A DNA stretch of 64,000 bases, from assembly GCA_019310785.1 (NCBI GenBank), contig JAFDDR010000001.1, positions 19,988 through 83,987 of the forward strand, in the 5' to 3' direction. A program made the translations under genes and the position numbers. The DNA is from Deltaproteobacteria bacterium. Lineage in GTDB: Bacteria; Desulfobacterota; DSM-4660; Desulfatiglandales; Desulfatiglandaceae. Positions 8,583 to 17,816 of the stretch are shown here, one piece after another. The notes under the pieces were generated by a model, which had not been told where the DNA came from, did not search any database, and saw nothing but the letters and a program-made list of their open reading frames with translations. Every line of letters begins with the position of its first letter. Position 1 is the first letter of the stretch.

Positions 8583-8751
8583 CTTAACCCTAACGTTGCA
8601 TAAAATTTGAGTTCAAAACGCTTTAGATTAGGTCAGCAAGGGACGTATGGTCATTTTCAAGGGTGAAAATGTACCAATGTTTCTTGATGGTCTGATATAG
8701 AGCGAGCATAGCGCTTTTGGACCAAAGATTTATGAAACGTTAGGGTTAAGC
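8583..8751. repeat. 15-bp inverted repeat bracketing a 138-nt segment at the mnmA 3' end
   Basis: CTTAACCCTAACGTT (8583-8597) is the perfect reverse complement of AACGTTAGGGTTAAG (8736-8750). The right arm overlaps the mnmA stop codon. An internal hairpin is CATTTTC-aagggt-GAAAATG. Confidence 0.6.
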
Positions 8752-9831
8752 TTTAATTGCGGTTTCAGTATTCCTCTTTATCCACCCCCCGCCTATCACC
8801 CTGTCTCCATCATAACACACGAGCGCCTGGCCCGGTGTGACGGCCCACTGTAGCCCATCAAATGTGAACCTGACCTCGTCAGGAGAAATGACCTCCAGGC
8901 TGCCCGATGCCGCCCGGTGCCTGTACCTGATCTGTGCCTGCACCTCAATAACCCTCTTTGCAGGTTTCCTTCCGATCCAGTGAAATCTATCCGCTTCTAC
9001 CCGTCTTGAAAAAAGGGCCTCCTTTCTTGCCACCACCACTTCCTTTGTCTCCGGCCTGACTTCTATCACATAATAAGGACGTGAAGAGGCAATCCCCAAA
9101 CCATGCCTCTGACCTATGGTATATCTGAAGGCCCCGGAATGTTCCCCTAATTTTGCACCGTCAACGCTTATGATGTTTCCGATCTTATTCACCCCGGGAC
9201 CCCTCCGGGTCTCGACAAAAAGGCGATAGTCATTTTCCCGTATAAAACAGATCTCCTGGCTTTCAGGGATAGAGTGAACGGGCAGTCCCATTTCACGGGC
9301 CTGATATTTCGCCTCATCTTTGGTTATCTCCCCCAAAGGGAAAACAGCCCTTGAAAGATGGGCCTGCCTAAGCCGGTGCAGGAAATAGGACTGGTCCTTG
9401 TGCCCGTCACTGCCCCGCAAGAGCTCAACCCCGGAATCTTCATCTCCGGTTCCAAGCCTGGCATAGTGTCCGGTGGCGATAAAATGAATTCCGTTTTCCT
9501 TAGCATATCGCAAAAGGCATTCGAATTTGACCAACGCGTTACACCTGACACAGGGATTGGGGGTAATACCCTGAACATAGGCATCCACAAACGGCTCAAT
9601 GATCAGCCGCTCAAAGTCTTCTCTTATGTCTATCATTTCAAAAGGGATCTGCAGGTGCTCGGCAACCCTTTGAACCGCCTTTATTCTCGCATCCGTAATT
9701 AAAGCCGGGGCCGGAAGGAGAAAATGGAGCCCATGCACTTCCCACCCTGCGGTTTTTAAAAGTGCCGCACCCATGGAACTGTCCAGTCCCCCGCTCATGG
9801 CCACCACTACTGATGTGGGTTTTGCTTTCAT
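8746..9831 (-). CDS. mnmA: tRNA 2-thiouridine(34) synthase
   Basis: The PP-loop motif VAMSGGLDSS and full-length MnmA-like sequence support the call. I prefer the ATG at 9831 (MKAKPTS...) over the track's GTG at 9861. Confidence 0.88.
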   Translation of the reverse strand: MKAKPTSVVVAMSGGLDSSMGAALLKTAGWEVHGLHFLLPAPALITDARIKAVQRVAEHLQIPFEMIDIREDFERLIIEPFVDAYVQGITPNPCVRCNALVKFECLLRYAKENGIHFIATGHYARLGTGDEDSGVELLRGSDGHKDQSYFLHRLRQAHLSRAVFPLGEITKDEAKYQAREMGLPVHSIPESQEICFIRENDYRLFVETRRGPGVNKIGNIISVDGAKLGEHSGAFRYTIGQRHGLGIASSRPYYVIEVRPETKEVVVARKEALFSRRVEADRFHWIGRKPAKRVIEVQAQIRYRHRAASGSLEVISPDEVRFTFDGLQWAVTPGQALVCYDGDRVIGGGWIKRNTETAIKA

Positions 9832-10128
9832 TTGTACGACCTTAATATTTCGGCTCCTCACAAAAATCTGTGGGTAATAAGTTGTGTTTAAAGGGAAAGG
9901 GAATCAAGGAAAAGACTTCATAACCCGGTCATAGGGTATTACTGCTGTTACAATTCTAATAATATGACCATAAACAATCGTGATTTCAATCTATTTCCTA
10001 ATTTTTTATTGAATCTTGGCCCACAGATTCTAATGAGGAGCCTAAATTTCAATTCATTTTAACATTTGATTTTTGAATCATTAATGTTTATGGTATAGCC
10101 CTTAACTTTAAAAAATCACTTGATTTAT

Positions 10129-10277
10129 GGTTCATCCGGTTAATGAGTACGCCTCAAGATAACACATGATTGCGAGGTTGAAGGTTGAAGCGGTCTTTTT
10201 GTAGTGACTGCTTCAACCTTCTCATGTGCCAACTTCATACCTGAACAGTTTCGAGGTACTCATTAACCGGATGAACC
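10129..10277. repeat. 149-nt nested perfect-arm palindrome upstream of pqiA
   Basis: The outer arms GGTTCATCCGGTTAATGAGTAC (10129-10150) and GTACTCATTAACCGGATGAACC (10256-10277) pair over 22 bp. The inner arms are GAAGGTTGAAGC and GCTTCAACCTTC. Confidence 0.8.
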
Positions 10278-10312
10278 TGATTTATTGTAAACGAAGGGGC
10301 GGATATTTCTTG

Positions 10313-11599
10313 ATGACTTCGACAGAAAACATTAAGGATTCCAGCCGGCCTGATCTTTCAGAAGGCGGGTTGATCGCCTGTCACGAATGCGATTTGCTGC
10401 ACAAGATCGAACCTGTTCCGGTTGGCGGGAAGGCCCTTTGTACCCGATGTGGAGCGTTACTCTATCGGAATATCCCCAACAGCATTGAAAGGGCCCTGGC
10501 ATTAAACTTAGCCGGTTTAATGTTCTTCGTCATGGCCAACGTATTTCCCTTCATTTCCCTTAAGCTGAGCGGCCGCGTCGAGGAGAACGTTTTCCTCTCC
10601 GGTGCCATTGCGCTTTACCGTCTGGGCATGGGCGAAGTGGGCTTACTGGTGATTTTCACAAGCTTTCTCTTCCCCTTGCTGACCATTGCCGGCATGCTTT
10701 ACATCCTCCTTCCACTGAAATTTGGACACCGGCCCTGGAAAATGGCCCCCGTATATCGCATGGTCCGGTCCTTAGCCCCGTGGAATCTGCTTGCGGTCTT
10801 TATGCTTGGGGTCCTTATCGCCATTGTCAAGCTCCTCGACCTTGCTACCATCATACCTGGTATCTCACTTTATTCTTTTGTAGGGCTTATGGTGGTATCG
10901 ACAGCGGCCCACGCAAATATGGATCCTTCTGTGATCTGGTCCTCCATGAAAATAGAATCGGCGGGGAACGCATCCGGGGCCACGGCCGCTGAAAGAGGCC
11001 TGATCGGCTGCCATACGTGCGCCTTGCTCGTTCCGAAGACAACCATTGATGAATTCGGCCATGGCGACTGTCCCCGCTGCGGAACCTCCCTGCACAGCCG
11101 CAAAACCAATAGCCTTGCACGGACCTGGGCACTTATCTTTTCCGCTACCCTCCTTTATATCCCGGCCAATGTCTACCCGGTAATGACGGTAATCCGATTC
11201 GGTCAGGGGCATCCGAATACCATTCTCAGCGGCGTGGTTCACTTGATTGAAGGTGGGATGTGGGTCCTTGCCATGATAATTTTTTTCGCAAGCATCGTGG
11301 TCCCGGTACTGAAACTGATCGTGTTGTCCTTTCTCCTGATTACGATTAAGAAAAAGTCATCGTGGCGTTCCCGGGACCGGACCCACCTCTTTCGCGTCAC
11401 CGAAGGCGTGGGTGCATGGTCTATGGTAGATATTTATGTGGTTGCAGTTCTGGCCGGTTTGGTAAACCTTGGCGCTCTGTCGACCATTAGACCCGGAATC
11501 GGCGTTGCATTCTTCGCCGCCGTGGTGGTCATTACAATGTTAGCCGCTCACAGCTTCGACCCCAGACTGATCTGGGACAACACTGAAAGGGCAAGATGA
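10313..11599 (+). CDS. pqiA: paraquat-inducible protein A-like membrane protein (two PqiA repeats)
   Basis: Two Cys-pair modules (CHECDLL...CTRCG and CHTCALL...CPRCG) are each followed by TM clusters. The ATG at 10313 (MTSTENIK) is preferred, because the track start at 10226 lies inside the palindrome. Confidence 0.82.
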   Translation: MTSTENIKDSSRPDLSEGGLIACHECDLLHKIEPVPVGGKALCTRCGALLYRNIPNSIERALALNLAGLMFFVMANVFPFISLKLSGRVEENVFLSGAIALYRLGMGEVGLLVIFTSFLFPLLTIAGMLYILLPLKFGHRPWKMAPVYRMVRSLAPWNLLAVFMLGVLIAIVKLLDLATIIPGISLYSFVGLMVVSTAAHANMDPSVIWSSMKIESAGNASGATAAERGLIGCHTCALLVPKTTIDEFGHGDCPRCGTSLHSRKTNSLARTWALIFSATLLYIPANVYPVMTVIRFGQGHPNTILSGVVHLIEGGMWVLAMIIFFASIVVPVLKLIVLSFLLITIKKKSSWRSRDRTHLFRVTEGVGAWSMVDIYVVAVLAGLVNLGALSTIRPGIGVAFFAAVVVITMLAAHSFDPRLIWDNTERAR

Positions 11600-13314
11600 A
11601 GGATCCCCTTACTGACTCAGACAAGGCCGCAACGGCCCCCTCCCCAATGATCAAAAAGAAGTCGGGGTTTTCCTTGGTGTGGTTGATTCCTATTATCACA
11701 GCCCTTATTGGCGGCTGGCTCATCTTCAAGACCCTCTCTGAGAAGGGGCCGGATATCACCATCACCTTCAAGACCGCTGAAGGGATCGAGGCAGGTAAGA
11801 CCAAGATAAAGTACAAAGAAATTGAGATCGGTGTGGTAGATTCCGTGCATTTCAACAAAGACTTCTCCAATATCATCGTGAAGGCCGGCATGGAAAAAGG
11901 GTCACAGTCGTTCCTTAGGCGAGGCACTCGCTTCTGGGTAGTCAAGCCCCGTCTCAGTCTCCGTGGGGCCTCGGGCCTCGGCACCCTGCTTTCGGGTGCC
12001 TTCATAGAAATCGAGCCGGGTCAGGGGGCTCCCCAGAAGCGCTTTGTAGGACTCGATGTGCCGCCGGTAATCAAGGCCGATGTAGCAGGAATAAAGATCG
12101 CGCTCCTCGCTAAGAAGCTCGGTTCCATCGACACGGGTTCACCTGTCTACTATCACGGGATCCTTGCAGGCGAAACTCTCGGGTGGGAGCTTGGAAACAA
12201 CCAAAAGAGCATTTTCATCTACGCCTTTATCAAGGCACCTTACGATAAGCTTGTTAAGAGCAACACACGATTCTGGAATGTAAGCGGGGTGGATGTTTCA
12301 ATCGGATCTGAAGGCATCAGCGTGCAAACAGAGTCTCTCCAATCCCTTCTCTACGGCGGCATCGCATTTGAGACCCCCGACAGCCTGGAACAGGTGAAGG
12401 AGAATGTAGAAGGACTGGTTTTCACCCTCTATGACGATCTGAAAAGCATCCAGGAGCAGTACTACACAAAGAAGATTACTTTCATCCTCTTTTTTAATGG
12501 GTCTGTTAGAGGCCTTAACGTGGGTGCTCCTGTTGAGTTCAAAGGCATCAAGGTCGGCTCGGTGAAGGACGTCCGTCTTGAATTCGACAGCCGCGATACC
12601 TCGTTCAGGATTCCGGTCCTGATCGAAATCGAACCCGAACGGGTCATCGAACGAGGAGAAGATAAGGTCTCATCGCCGTTCCAGACATTGAAAAAGCTGG
12701 TTGACCGTGGCTTGCGGGCCCGGTTAAGGTCCGGCAGCCTCCTTACAGGAAAGCTGTTCGTGGAGTTAGACATGCATCCCGGCACCCCTGTCCGGCTGGT
12801 GAACGCGGCGGCACCCTACCCGGAATTGCCAACCATTCCGGCAAGCATGGAACAAATGACCACATCCCTTAAAACTATTCTTGCCAAATTAGAAAAGGTG
12901 GACATGGAGAAGATCGGTGCGGAACTCCTTGCAACCCTTCAAGGGGCCAAAAAGCTGGCACAAGGGGCAAGCGAGTTGGTCAACAAACCGGGACTCCAAA
13001 ACGCAGTGGGCGATCTAACGGAATCATTGCATGCATTAAAAAGTATCTTGCGTAAATTGGACCAGCACGTTGAGCCGGTTGCGGTGAACCTGAAAGATGC
13101 CCTTAGAACGGGCCGTCAGACCCTGGAAAAGGCCCGGACCACAATGGGGCTGGTCGATGACGTTCTCAGGCCCGATTCACCCCTCCAGTACAGATTTATT
13201 GAGTTGACCGAGGAATTGGCCGAAACGGCCCGCTCCATCCGTGCCCTTGTTGACCTGTTAGAGCGAAACCCCAATGCCTTAATCTTCGGCAAAGATTCTT
13301 CAGGAGAGAAATAA
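11596..13314 (+). CDS. pqiB: MCE-domain protein PqiB-like
   Basis: 572 aa with an N-terminal TM anchor, repeated MCE-type beta-barrel segments and a C-terminal helical needle-like region. The start overlaps the pqiA stop (ATGA). Confidence 0.82.
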   Translation: MKDPLTDSDKAATAPSPMIKKKSGFSLVWLIPIITALIGGWLIFKTLSEKGPDITITFKTAEGIEAGKTKIKYKEIEIGVVDSVHFNKDFSNIIVKAGMEKGSQSFLRRGTRFWVVKPRLSLRGASGLGTLLSGAFIEIEPGQGAPQKRFVGLDVPPVIKADVAGIKIALLAKKLGSIDTGSPVYYHGILAGETLGWELGNNQKSIFIYAFIKAPYDKLVKSNTRFWNVSGVDVSIGSEGISVQTESLQSLLYGGIAFETPDSLEQVKENVEGLVFTLYDDLKSIQEQYYTKKITFILFFNGSVRGLNVGAPVEFKGIKVGSVKDVRLEFDSRDTSFRIPVLIEIEPERVIERGEDKVSSPFQTLKKLVDRGLRARLRSGSLLTGKLFVELDMHPGTPVRLVNAAAPYPELPTIPASMEQMTTSLKTILAKLEKVDMEKIGAELLATLQGAKKLAQGASELVNKPGLQNAVGDLTESLHALKSILRKLDQHVEPVAVNLKDALRTGRQTLEKARTTMGLVDDVLRPDSPLQYRFIELTEELAETARSIRALVDLLERNPNALIFGKDSSGEK

Positions 13315-13955
13315 TGCCGCTTTTATTTTTGCGAATACGGATTGTTCTGTTTTTGGTATTAGCAGGGAGCTTCCTATGCAGTTGCATTACGACATCCCAC
13401 CCGGCCACACGGTTCTATGTCCTTAACCCGCTTGACCCCGGCGTAAGCCTTGTAAGCGAAATTGAACAGAAAGGGGCATTGTCCGTGGAGGTAGCCTCAC
13501 TTCGCCTGCCCCAGTACTTAGAAAGACCGCAGATAGTCACCCGGTGCAGCAAAAATCGGCTGGAACTTTCAGAATACCGTCAGTGGGGAGGTAACCTCAG
13601 GAAAAACATGATGCGGGTCCTCGCCCGGAACCTTTCCCGGCTACTTGCCAGCCCCCATATCGCCATCTACCCCCACCGTCCCACAATCCCACCTGATTTT
13701 CGTGTTGAACTGGAGGTGATGCAGTTTGAAAGGGATCCCGGTGGACAGGTGCGTCTTTCCGCCCAGTGGCGTCTTTCGAGTGGAAAGAATCGAAAACCCC
13801 TGACCACCCGAATCACTGACCTGGCGAGCCCGGTTTCTCTCAAAGGAGGAGACTTCGAGCACACGGTTGCGGCCATGAGCAAGCTTTTTGGTGAGTTAAG
13901 TCAAATCATAGGCAGTGCAATCCTGGAACACGTTCATGGGAGGCCCGGCTCTTGA
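13314..13955 (+). CDS. pqiC: PqiC/YmbA-like auxiliary lipoprotein (ABC-type transport auxiliary component)
   Basis: Lipobox-like LAGSFLCSC at the N-terminus. The start shares one nt with the pqiB stop (taATG), and the position after pqiB fits the call. Confidence 0.7.
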   Translation: MPLLFLRIRIVLFLVLAGSFLCSCITTSHPATRFYVLNPLDPGVSLVSEIEQKGALSVEVASLRLPQYLERPQIVTRCSKNRLELSEYRQWGGNLRKNMMRVLARNLSRLLASPHIAIYPHRPTIPPDFRVELEVMQFERDPGGQVRLSAQWRLSSGKNRKPLTTRITDLASPVSLKGGDFEHTVAAMSKLFGELSQIIGSAILEHVHGRPGS

Positions 13956-14854
13956 TGCGGTATAGGCTGCCAAAATATGTAAACGCCCTGCTGTCCGGAA
14001 TCATCCTGCTCCCGGCACTCCTTTTTTTTCCGTTATTTTCCGAACCTGCCCTGGCCAATGATAAGTGGACCGGATATTATATCATGGATGAGGTTTTCAA
14101 ACGCCACGAAATGTTCCCTTATGTCTTCGAAAAACAGACCATTATCATGACGGACAGTGCGGGAAACCGTGACGTCAGGGAGTCACGACGCTTCTCCCGT
14201 GTGGAAAAGGATGGAACGGTCAAATTTCTTTTGGTCTTCGACAACCCGTCAGAGGTCCGCGGGGTAGCGCTGCTGGCGATTCGTCACGCTGGTCGTGTAG
14301 AAAGCATGATATATCTGCCCGCTTTCGGAAAGAAACTGAAATCCAACATCGGGAAAAGCAGAGGCAGTAATTTTTTAGGTACCGACTTTGCCTTGGAAGA
14401 TATGGCCGCAGAGGTTTTATCGGATTTTCGTTATGTCCGTGTAGCAGATCAAAAAATCAATAAGATCGCCCATTTTGTCGTTGAGGCATTTCCACAGGAC
14501 AAGGAGATCGAACGGATTACGGGTTACGGCCTGCGCCGGCACTTTATCAGACAGGACAACTTCTTCATCATTCGTACCGACTATTACGACCGTCGCGGGC
14601 GGTTTTTAAAGAGCCAAACCCGCCACGATCTGAAACGGGTGGATGGCGATATGTGGCGTGCCAATATGATCCTCATGGAAAACCACAAGGACCGGCATAA
14701 TACGTTAATAAAGATTGATCGGCGTGTCTTTTCCCACGACTACGTGCCCCCGGAGATGTTTACCTCGGCCTGGCTTCTGGAGAACCGACACATTCAGGTC
14801 ACGGAAAGGTCTCTTTTCCAGGCTGCCTACAAGGCTTCCGAGGAGAATAAATAA
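13955..14854 (+). CDS. outer-membrane lipoprotein-sorting (LolA-like) protein
   Basis: Signal peptide plus YLPAFGKKLK...FLGTDFALEDM, typical of the LolA_like partners of COG1033 RND exporters. The ATG at 13955 overlaps the pqiC TGA. Confidence 0.7.
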   Translation: MRYRLPKYVNALLSGIILLPALLFFPLFSEPALANDKWTGYYIMDEVFKRHEMFPYVFEKQTIIMTDSAGNRDVRESRRFSRVEKDGTVKFLLVFDNPSEVRGVALLAIRHAGRVESMIYLPAFGKKLKSNIGKSRGSNFLGTDFALEDMAAEVLSDFRYVRVADQKINKIAHFVVEAFPQDKEIERITGYGLRRHFIRQDNFFIIRTDYYDRRGRFLKSQTRHDLKRVDGDMWRANMILMENHKDRHNTLIKIDRRVFSHDYVPPEMFTSAWLLENRHIQVTERSLFQAAYKASEENK

Positions 14855-14923
14855 TGAATCTGTGTCATCCGTTTTTATCCGTGTCCCATTTGTGACGAAT
14901 AAACGCCTAAACTGGAGCAGTAT

Positions 14924-17692
14924 ATGTTTTCCCGATTACTCATGCCTGGAGTGAACCACCGCCTGGCGACCCTTATTTTTTTGGTGTTGGTTACATGTGT
15001 TGCCGGTTTGGGTCTGCCAAACCTCCGGGTGGACACCGGCTTCAACAGTCTGATACCGGATAGCGATCCTGACCTGCCGGTCTATGATCGCATTTCCCGG
15101 GAGTTCGGGTCGGACAACCGTACAATCGTCTACGTACGGGACACCGAACTCTGGTCCCCTGATAAATTGGCTGCCTTAGAGGACTTGCATTACGCACTTG
15201 AGGGCCTCAACTTTGTCGAGCGCGTGGACGATCTCTTCACTTTGCGAAACATTAGGGGGTCAGGGGGAAAGATCGACTCGCGGATTATTTTGACGGAAGC
15301 ACCTAAGGACCAGGCAACAATTGACCAGGCCCGGGCCGACGCGCTTTACAATCCACTCATCGTTGGGAATTTTCTTTCTAAAGACGGGACCGTGACGGCC
15401 TTGATAATTTCGGTTCGCGAGGAACGCGACGACAATATATCCAACCGCCAGATCAACGAAGTCCTGGAACGCCTCCTCAAACCGGCCCGATCATCCTTTC
15501 AAGAGGTTTTTCAAGTGGGGCCGCCGCGAATAAACGCGGAGCTCAAAGCCATTCTCTTCAATGATCTCGGACTGCTGGGACCGTTGTCGGCATTCATGCT
15601 CGTGGTGGCGATCCTCTTTTTCCTTCGCAGCGGTTTTGCCGCCTTGATCCCTCTTGTTACTTCGGCCCTTAGCATCCTGTGGACTTTCGGGATGATGGGC
15701 TGGACGGGTATTCCCCTCAACATTCTGAGCGCCATGTTACCCTCCCTTGTCGTCGTAATCGGCTCCACCGAAGACACCCATATGATCGCGTCCTATTTTC
15801 ATGGCGTCTCACAGGCGGAGAAGGACCGCCGCGCCTTTGCCACTCGCTTTATGATGAAACACTTAGGCGTGCCGGTGGTCCTGACCGTCACCACCACCGC
15901 CATGGGTTTTGCGAGCAACATCTTCAGCAACATGGGTATAATTCAGGATTTTGCCATTGCCTCCACCTTTGCCATCCTGGCAAACGGTGTGATCACCATA
16001 CTGTTTGTCCCCATGGTATTATCAACCATGGGACCGCGCAATCCCCTGCTCTTCCGAAATGGGGATCGGGTTATAGGTCTGCCGGGTTTGTTCGTCAGGA
16101 TGTTCGGTTTTACCAAACGCCATTTTCCACGGTCGATCCTGTTGTTTACGACAATCCTCTGTGCCTTCTTCATTTACCAACTCTCAAAACTCTATGTAAC
16201 GAACGACCCCCTGTCCTATTTCCAGGAGGACCAACCCCTCATCCAGGACATCCGTCAAATCCACAGGGACCTGTCCGGCATGAAGGTATTCTTCATAACC
16301 TTAGAGTCAGAACGGGACAAGGCATTTCAGGAGCCTAAGAACATCCAAAAGCTGGTCACCATCCAAAAATTTATGGAAAAACAGGGGATATTTGATTGCA
16401 GCATCTCCTTAGCCGACCACCTGTCCCTCGTCAATCGTGAGTTCCACGGGGGTGACACAGAGTACTTTAAGCCGCCTGCCAGGCGTAAGCTTCTGGCCCA
16501 GTACCTCCTCTTCTTTCACCGCCGGGACCTGGAAAGCTACGTGAGCCACGATTTCCGACGTGCCAACATCGTTGTTCGCCACAACGTCGGCGATTCCAAT
16601 ACCCTGAACCGTCACATACAAGAGCTAAAGAAAGTAGCGTCAAACATCGCCGGTGGCCAAATGAAGGCCTACGTTGTCGGTGAAAACCTGATGATCAACG
16701 CGGCCGCCGAAAGCCTCATGATTGCCCAGGTCAAATCCCTGGCAATTCTGCTCTGTGTGATCTTCTTGATCATGTCGGCCATGTTCACCTCTTTAAAGGG
16801 CGGCCTCATCTCCCTTATCCCCAACCTGATCCCGATCATTCTGATGTTCGGAGTAATGGGGCTTTTAGAGATCCCCCTGAATCCGGGGACCGCCATGGTA
16901 GCGGTTATCGCAATCGGCATCGCCATTGACGGGACCCTTCACCTCTTTTCCCGATACAACGAACTGTGCAGGCGAACCTCCGATTACGAAGGCGCAGTGC
17001 ATACCGCGGTTCGGGAAGAGGCCACGCCGATGGTAGCCACCAGCCTGGCCCTTGCGTTGGGGTTCGGCATCCTCATCCTGTCAAATTTCACCGTAATCGC
17101 CCAGTTCGGAGCCTTGTCCGCGGCCACAATGCTTTTCGCACTTTTCGCCAACCTCTTGATAACGCCGATCATAATGTCACGGGTTCGTTTGATCGGGCTC
17201 TACCAGATTCTTGCCTTGAAAATGCACAAAGAAGTCCTTGAAAAAAGCCCTCTGTTCCAGGACATGACCAACTACCAGATGCGCAAGGCAATCCTGATCT
17301 CGGAGTTGATCGAATTCGATGAAGGAGAGCTGCTGGTGGAGCAGGGTACGTTCGGACGGAGCATGTACCTTATTCTGTCCGGTAAAGTAGATGTAGTGCG
17401 GCGAAGTGAGGACAAAACCAGGTCTGTTGCGGTCTTAGGGGTAGGCCAGCTTTTAGGGGAGATCGGTTATATCAAGAAGATCCAGCGAACTGCGAATGTA
17501 CGGGCATTGACCCCTGTGGAAGTACTGCGGTTCGATTACAAGAAACTCAAGAAAGACCTGAAGTTCTTTCCCTTTATTGTGGCCAAGCTCAACTTTAATA
17601 TAAGTTGTATCTTAGGCGAACGTCTGGCCGATGTGTATGACATGATGGAGAGGAACGGCGATCAACCGGAAAAAGAGGAATTTACAGACTAA
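14924..17692 (+). CDS. RND-superfamily (MMPL/COG1033) exporter fused to a C-terminal cyclic-nucleotide-binding domain
   Basis: 922 aa with two 6-TM blocks and periplasmic loops typical of MMPL/HpnN-like exporters. The C-terminal roughly 150 aa have a CAP-type cNMP fold with phosphate-binding cassette GEIGYIKKIQRTANVRA. Confidence 0.8.
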   Translation: MFSRLLMPGVNHRLATLIFLVLVTCVAGLGLPNLRVDTGFNSLIPDSDPDLPVYDRISREFGSDNRTIVYVRDTELWSPDKLAALEDLHYALEGLNFVERVDDLFTLRNIRGSGGKIDSRIILTEAPKDQATIDQARADALYNPLIVGNFLSKDGTVTALIISVREERDDNISNRQINEVLERLLKPARSSFQEVFQVGPPRINAELKAILFNDLGLLGPLSAFMLVVAILFFLRSGFAALIPLVTSALSILWTFGMMGWTGIPLNILSAMLPSLVVVIGSTEDTHMIASYFHGVSQAEKDRRAFATRFMMKHLGVPVVLTVTTTAMGFASNIFSNMGIIQDFAIASTFAILANGVITILFVPMVLSTMGPRNPLLFRNGDRVIGLPGLFVRMFGFTKRHFPRSILLFTTILCAFFIYQLSKLYVTNDPLSYFQEDQPLIQDIRQIHRDLSGMKVFFITLESERDKAFQEPKNIQKLVTIQKFMEKQGIFDCSISLADHLSLVNREFHGGDTEYFKPPARRKLLAQYLLFFHRRDLESYVSHDFRRANIVVRHNVGDSNTLNRHIQELKKVASNIAGGQMKAYVVGENLMINAAAESLMIAQVKSLAILLCVIFLIMSAMFTSLKGGLISLIPNLIPIILMFGVMGLLEIPLNPGTAMVAVIAIGIAIDGTLHLFSRYNELCRRTSDYEGAVHTAVREEATPMVATSLALALGFGILILSNFTVIAQFGALSAATMLFALFANLLITPIIMSRVRLIGLYQILALKMHKEVLEKSPLFQDMTNYQMRKAILISELIEFDEGELLVEQGTFGRSMYLILSGKVDVVRRSEDKTRSVAVLGVGQLLGEIGYIKKIQRTANVRALTPVEVLRFDYKKLKKDLKFFPFIVAKLNFNISCILGERLADVYDMMERNGDQPEKEEFTD

Positions 17693-17704
17693 GGTTGATA
17701 TAGC

Positions 17705-17810
17705 CGTAAAAAGTCCCGTTTCCCCTCCCCCTCACCCCAACCCTCTCCCTTCTCCCGCACTATGTGCGGTGATCTACGACAAGGGAGAGGGGGTTTTTCG
17801 ACTTTTTACG
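17705..17810. repeat. nested palindromic repeat, family 3 copy 1
   Basis: The outer inverted repeat (IR) is CGTAAAAAGTC (17705-17715) with GACTTTTTACG (17800-17810). The inner IR is CCCTCTCCCTT with AAGGGAGAGGG. It lies between convergent stops (17692 and 17817). The tail motif GACTTTTTACG-GA-CATCA recurs at 52082-52100. Confidence 0.75.
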
Positions 17811-17816
17811 CGACCA

